Source: a virus
DNA: 64,000 nt
Reading direction: 5' to 3' (one strand)
Virus record (IMG/VR): IMGVR_UViG_2757320370_000007
Coordinates: 1 to 64,000 of that record
The translations under genes and the position numbers were made by a program. Shown piece after piece: positions 58,401 through 64,000 of the stretch. Within the stretch, counting starts at the first letter, position 1, and each line of letters starts with the position of its first letter. The notes beneath the pieces were generated by a model. It was not told the DNA's origin. It saw only the letters and a list, made by a program, of their open reading frames with translations, and searched no databases.

Positions 58401-60617
58401 TTTCTTTTCGGTGATAATCACCTTCATAGTCTGGGAATTCAATATCAGTTAGTTGGTTTGCTATGTATTCACCCAAATTTGTTCCATTGATGCTAATACC
58501 ATGGTGGTCTTTCTCAATGATTCCACTTATAATTATTTTACCATTTACCATTTTTCAACCTCTTCTTCCGAAACAACACTAAACCCAAAGTTGACAGTAC
58601 CCATTCTATTAACATAAGCATCTTCATCGGCTTTATAAATGTAATCTTGTCCTCCATATCTAAAAACATCGTCTTTCTTAATATTTTCAGGTTCTATCTT
58701 ATACCACTCCTGATTTTTCAGCACTTCTATTTCCATTCTCGGCACCTCTCTCATTCTTTATTATTCTTCCTTTTAACTCATCTTACTCATTCGTTAACCA
58801 CATGAACCTGATCAGGTGTAAACATTGCATAAATTCTCATCCTGTTTTTCTTTATAATCTCCATCTCTTGTCCAAGTAACTTCTTTATGGCTATTGCTTT
58901 GATTTTGGAACTTCCATCCCAGTTCATTCATCGTTGCAGCATGGACTAAATAATCTTCGAATGACTCATATTCAAACACTCTAATTTCAAACTTCATTTT
59001 TGTCATTTAAACACCTCTCTCATTCTCCTGTTTTCTACCATATTGTCGGTTTTACTTACCAGGGAACCCGATGAAACACGCATTTCATCGTACCAATAGG
59101 CCATCTTTAACATCCATTCCATTACCATCAATAATTCGTCCTTCCCCGTCAGTGATTTTAAAACCTGCCTCTTCAAATAATTCTGTTAATTCATCTTCAG
59201 TTATATTATTTAAAATTTTTTCAGCTCTTTCATATGGTGAATTCATAGTATCCTCCTGCCATGGTTCCCACACATACAACCCATGACCGTCACCCACCAT
59301 TTTATATAAATCCGAACTGTGATCTCCTGAGAATCGTTCATTCAAAAAATCAACGATAGCCTCTCCATAATATTCGTTCACGTTCTCACAAACCAACTTG
59401 TCGTCAACAGACTCTCTATCATAATTACCTACATTAATAATCTTCACTCTTCATTCCTCTCCTTTCTTTTCTAAATTCATTAAAGTAATCCAATCAACTC
59501 TAACTTGATTATATTTTTAGTTTCATCATCCGCAATGTTATAGTATTCCTTTAATTCCTTAACCTTATGTATCGCGTCCCATTTTTGAATATCTTTATTA
59601 ATATTACTCAGTCTATTTGCAGCATTCTCAACATCCTCGATAGTAGTCCTGCTTCGGATAGTAAATTTGTTAAGATAGGACCCATCTCCATTGAGAGTTC
59701 TCATCTTCATCATTAAAATGATCTTCTCTAATTCATATGGATTAGGTTGTTTCATTATTTCACACCTCCATGAATAACGTTAGTCAGCTTCTTAGTTCCA
59801 GTACCAAAATACTCTCCAGCACTTTTAAACTCTGTGTATGTAACTGGATCAAATCCTTGTGATCGTGCATGATTGCAATAGCGACCATACTTCTCTTGTG
59901 CGAAATAGCGTTTGTCTTCTTTCATTTCCCGATATGTAATCATTTGTTTAACCCATCCTTCCTGAACAACCCTACTCGATAAAACATAGAACTGTCACCG
60001 TGCATTATAATTGCACCATGTGTAACATTGCATTTTGGGCAACTCAAATGTGTAACTCTTTTGTATAAACGAACATGTCGCCAATCTTAAATATCCGTTT
60101 CTAAATCATAACAATTACAAGTCACTATGTAGCCCATTTCAACCCTCTTCCCCAACACCTCATTACTGGATTCACAATGATCATCTCTTTGATATCAACA
60201 TCATACACGGGAGGCTCCCCATATGATCCTTCACTCATACACACAAAATCTCCGGCCTCAATTAATACATTTATGTATTTTGCACCAAAATCTTTTTCTG
60301 TGAAATGAACCCTATATTTATAGTCATTCGGATACTTTAAGTGTGATGGATGTAAAACTTCAGGATAACTCACCTGAATTTTTCCATAATCATAATTCAA
60401 TCCCACTTCCCCCTCTTGTCTGTTCTTACATTATCGTAATTAATGGCCCAATGCTCACAAAGTCTTCGATCTATCTTATTTCTCATACGATTATTTTTAG
60501 TCTTAAACATCAAGTAAATTAGCTGCTGCTCTTTTTTATAACTTAACTTGCAGCACTTTCTCAATCTTTTAGGCAACTTTTGACACTGTTGATTTGTTAA
60601 CTGTATTCTGATCACCT

Positions 60618-61076
60618 CTAATTAAATTTATACAATGTGACTTCATAATCCTCAAATACTTCATCAATCATCTTATAAACTTCGTTCCAATCAGCCCCAC
60701 CACGATCTGAACCCATTTTAAAAGGTAGCGCTACTGTAAGTTTTTTCGATTTTGAATAATCCCTTAACTTGTATAGTGCAACCTCTAATGCTAATAAATT
60801 CGTATGTTGTTTATCTCTTCCGAATCCATGTTGTCCAAAAAGATTAGCAACACTCTTCATGTCACAGGATATGATTTGACACTCACCAAGTAAGCCTGTA
60901 GCATATTTACCTTCTAGACACCTAAGACCATATCCAGCAAATACATGAGGATATCTATTCTTGATTTGGAGAGCCAAACCTGATCCCATCATGCCCTTAC
61001 AATTTACTTGGTGGCCTATAATGTCTTCAGTTGCATCAAGCAGATTGCCTTCTATAATCTTAATCATCCAATTCAT
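60618..61076 (-). CDS. Macrodomain (ADP-ribose processing) protein
   Basis: EGNLL, HQVNCKGMMGSGLA, NLFGQ, GSDRGGADW. Confidence 0.9.
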   Translation of the reverse strand: MNWMIKIIEGNLLDATEDIIGHQVNCKGMMGSGLALQIKNRYPHVFAGYGLRCLEGKYATGLLGECQIISCDMKSVANLFGQHGFGRDKQHTNLLALEVALYKLRDYSKSKKLTVALPFKMGSDRGGADWNEVYKMIDEVFEDYEVTLYKFN

Positions 61077-61261
61077 CCACCCTATGTTTTCTTATTTTCA
61101 CCACATCTTCTTCATAGTCATACCAAATATCAAGTACGTCTCCCCCACCAACATCCAGAAGTTTTCTTAATTCTTTTGGTATCACGACTCTACCTAAATC
61201 ATCTAATCTTCTTACTGCTTTGCTACTTATCACAATTATCCCTCCTCATGAAACGTGCCTT

Positions 61262-61954
61262 TTACAGAATTTTGATCTTATCGTTGTACAACAACCTTTG
61301 ATTATCTGGCAGTTCATCATCATGATGAAAATGTCCAAAGAACCATTTTTCATATTCCAATTTGGACTTAATCACGTTAAAGTATTTATGCATCTGGTCA
61401 AGTTCAACGTTGGTGTTGTATCGCTGTATAATCCACGTCAGAGCATCATGAGAACATGTGTGAGTCAAGACATAATCGACAACCCAATGATTCTTATCCA
61501 AGTTTCTAATACCTTCTTGATATTCCTCAGAGCTAGGCATTTCACGTTCCCACCAAGATACATCAACCTTGCGATACTCTTTGTCATGTGAAGCAGACCC
61601 ACCAAATGTGAAGAATTTCTTTCCTTCGATTTCGAATACTTGACCTCGCATTAAATGGATTATACTCGGCGTAATATGATGGACGTTACCACCATTCCAT
61701 TCTGATACAGGATAAGATTCCAGGAGATTAAAATTCTCATGATTCCCATCAATAAAAAGCGTAGTCCAAGGTTTATTTGTGAGCCACTTCAGCCAGAAAC
61801 GATCTTCAGCGTCATCAGCCCATAGCAAGCCAAAGTCACCAACAATAATGATATAATCCTGTTTGGTTAGAGTCTTGCCTTGAGGGAAGTTCTTTGTGTT
61901 AAATCGACTACCTACACTTACTGAACCGTGAATGTCTCCTGTTATGTAGATCAT
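61262..61954 (-). CDS. Calcineurin-like metallophosphoesterase
   Basis: GDIHG, GDFG, DGNHEN, LTHT, FGHFH. Confidence 0.92.
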   Translation of the reverse strand: MIYITGDIHGSVSVGSRFNTKNFPQGKTLTKQDYIIIVGDFGLLWADDAEDRFWLKWLTNKPWTTLFIDGNHENFNLLESYPVSEWNGGNVHHITPSIIHLMRGQVFEIEGKKFFTFGGSASHDKEYRKVDVSWWEREMPSSEEYQEGIRNLDKNHWVVDYVLTHTCSHDALTWIIQRYNTNVELDQMHKYFNVIKSKLEYEKWFFGHFHHDDELPDNQRLLYNDKIKIL

Positions 61955-63050
61955 ACTTTAGGTCTCCCCTTCACCATTAAACTTTGTCGAATAACTTCAT
62001 AAACTCGTCTTTCTTTGACGTTGCATCAATGGTCAACTTTGCAATTTCAGAATTCCTTCCCCATGATGATAATACGGTTGTCATAGCACTTATCTCTTTA
62101 TCTACCTGCTTATCAAACATGTCAATGATTTTCTTGTATTGTGTCTCAGATATCTTTCTCAACTTATCATCACTCCTCTTAGATTGTTATTTCTCTTGCA
62201 TAGATAAGTTCATCTTCTGTTGGATAATCATTTATTATATTTTGATATCCCCAAATCAACTCATGAAATATATCTTCATCTTTCTTCTTCAGTTCTTCAA
62301 CTAATTTCAAATATCCATCCACTTCACAGCGAGTAATTTTGGTTGATAATTCAATCTGCTTTGTTGGTATACAATCAAGTTCTTGGTAACTGTACTTGCA
62401 TACTTCTGATTTGTCGCACCATTCACATGAACAGTCTGCCATATAAATTCTCCTTTCGCATCATAAAATAGACCTTTTATGTTCTAGCCTTCATGCACTT
62501 CAATTCTGCTCATATACAGTCCACAGAGTAATTCAAAGTTTTGTTCAGATTCTGAGTCTAAAAACACTTCATCTTTTTTTAAATCTGCCATTGCTTTATC
62601 GAACACCGTTTTCGCAGTTCTTTCTTCCATGTAATGTCCATGACTTTTTTCTGCTTTACTCCACTCATCATATTCATGAACGTGCCAAATCTCCATTGCA
62701 TATCTCCCTTCTAAATGAAAGAACTATTTCAAGTTATCACAATGATTATCTTTATCCGTTCTAAGTAGAATCTCCAATGTCTTCTGAATTTTTTGTAAAG
62801 TGTTTTTAATATTGTCTTTTCTGTTTTCTTCATTAAATGTAATCGATAACTGAACATCAATTACCATTTTGTCGTTTCCAATGTCAATCTTTTTATAATC
62901 AAAGCCAAACGTCTCATGTGTATTATTCTCTGCTAGTATTTCATCATAAATTCGCTTACTCCAATATTCTCTACTCATTTCTTTTTCTGCTTTATCCATG
63001 CGTATTATCCCCCTCTATAAACTCATAGGTGGTATATAACCACTACAGTC

Positions 63051-63090
63051 ATTATACCACCCATAAATTAATATGTATATGTTTACTTTA
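63051..63090 (-). promoter_or_regulatory. Phage-type promoter AAAGTAAACA-TATACA-N17-TATAAT
   Basis: Near-identical to the 7162-7200 promoter. Confidence 0.75.
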
Positions 63091-63095
63091 TAAGA

Positions 63096-63851
63096 TTACT
63101 CTGTGATTTTCCAATCGTATTTCTCTCCCTGTTTGCTCAATTGAATTGCAGTAACTTCTCTTTCTTGATCATCTTTATAAACCACTTTACCATTTTTATC
63201 TTCCGAAATGAACAGATTCTTTTTAAGTTCTCCCCAGGCAACCTTAATGTCTCGCTTGATGAATTTTGACTCGTATTCACCGTATAAAGTAAATAAATCA
63301 GATAGTTTGATTCCAGACTTATCACTCGCTTTAATATTATCTATAAGGTCTTCAAGATCTGAAACAGGAATGTCTTCAGAGTAGTTAGTATTCACCCATT
63401 GAACTAATTGTTCCTCATCTTTGGTAATCTCGGGCTGCTGAGTACGACAAGTAAGATTTCGGTATGGTAATTTAATGGTCTGGCTAAGTTTCTTTTCTTT
63501 CTTACCTTTTGCAACCAATTCTTTATTTTCTTCTTTTTCAGATCGAACCAATTTTTCATGCCACAAATGAAGATGTGTTTTAAAAAATGTAATTCCATTA
63601 ACATCATTTCTTGTTGAGTTTTCTTTCCACACTTTCAACTTTTCAATCTTAGCTTCCAAAGCAGCAATATTATTATCTGCAATGGCCTCAATACTGGAAA
63701 TTTTAACTTCTTTTTCGTGAATCATTCCATCGGCCCATACAGCTCCAGATAAATCTTTCACACTCCATGATTCATCTTGCATGTAATGTACCGTTTCGTC
63801 CTGATCCTCAATTAACTCTTCTGCTTCATTCTGATAATTGTATGCTGTCAT
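63096..63851 (-). CDS. Mu Gam-like host-nuclease inhibitor
   Basis: WSVKDLSGAVWA, coiled coil, TIKLPY....R.QQPE, VAWGELKK. Confidence 0.7.
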   Translation of the reverse strand: MTAYNYQNEAEELIEDQDETVHYMQDESWSVKDLSGAVWADGMIHEKEVKISSIEAIADNNIAALEAKIEKLKVWKENSTRNDVNGITFFKTHLHLWHEKLVRSEKEENKELVAKGKKEKKLSQTIKLPYRNLTCRTQQPEITKDEEQLVQWVNTNYSEDIPVSDLEDLIDNIKASDKSGIKLSDLFTLYGEYESKFIKRDIKVAWGELKKNLFISEDKNGKVVYKDDQEREVTAIQLSKQGEKYDWKITE

Positions 63852-64000
63852 TATTAAATTTCTCCCTTAATATATGTATTTTTACTTATTAAACTTAATA
63901 TTATTTTCTTGCATGAAGTCCTCTAGAATTGTTCTTTGATCATTTGTTAATTCCAATTCATATGTATAAATCGTTCTATCTTTTGGCAATGGTTTGTTGA

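Larger units (their letters stand above)
5667..62732. repeat. Dispersed palindromic junction sites RTVAAA-N6-TTTBAY (about 50 copies)
   Basis: Strict matches start at 7219, 12626, 13516, 24483, 27843, 28073, 28781, 29201, 30259, 33092, 33742, 34767, 35982, 36162, 37648, 44110, 45675, 46851, 47142, 49083, 49535, 50226, 50419, 52216, 56264, 59071, 61248, 62463. Near matches at 5667, 8599, 9165, 9423, 11660, 12007, 23413, 24705, 24749, 29780, 35374, 41347, 42971, 48093, 48481, 49970, 51367, 52502, 53187, 54581, 55529, 56556, 62715. Confidence 0.9.
1..64000 (-). mobile_element. Segment of a large SPbeta-like temperate phage/prophage (replication, nucleotide metabolism and accessory genes)
   Basis: YorH-like/helicase/primase/RecJ/DnaE set, RNRs, ThyX, RecU, Gam-like gene and >100 small co-oriented ORFs with Firmicutes RBSs; no host housekeeping operons. 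Confidence 0.9.

Noticed and set aside
58-62304. Most plus-strand ORFs in the track
   Set aside because: Antisense shadows of minus-strand genes, with no RBS or recognisable motifs; only 46153..46440 and 54714..55472 are credible
5667-62732. Junction palindromes as CRISPR repeats, chromosomal dif sites, or terminators
   Set aside because: Spacing is gene-sized and irregular and no cas genes are present; the arms do not match Bacillus dif; 6-bp AT-rich stems are too weak for intrinsic terminators
1-64000. tRNA/rRNA genes, IS transposases, integrase or virion genes
   Set aside because: None recognised by eye; the recombinase implied by the cassette model is not in this window

Overview
64 kb from the early/replication arm of a large, AT-rich SPbeta-like temperate phage or prophage of a Bacillales host (Paenibacillus-like, inferred). 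Almost all real genes are on the minus strand. Core modules: RecU, DnaE (split by a group I intron carrying a GIY-YIG homing endonuclease), ParM/ParR-like pair, YyaC, ThyX, MazG-like enzymes, class Ib (nrdIEF) and class III (nrdDG) ribonucleotide reductases, RecJ/DHH exonuclease, primase, DnaB helicase and a Gam-like protein. Between them lie long runs of small accessory genes. Main observation: about 50 copies of an 18-bp palindromic site, RTVAAA-N6-TTTBAY with a variable 6-bp centre, sit at accessory gene junctions, often overlapping stop codons, and were not seen inside the core operons. This resembles an integron/pdif-like gene-cassette array in a phage; no recombinase is visible in this window. 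Also notable: a 10-nt stop-containing insertion with matched GAT codons in the RecJ catalytic motif (candidate ribosomal bypass), ATT-initiated genes including the helicase, a phage-specific promoter class, and candidate anti-defence sponge proteins. All calls come from reading the sequence by eye; no searches were run.
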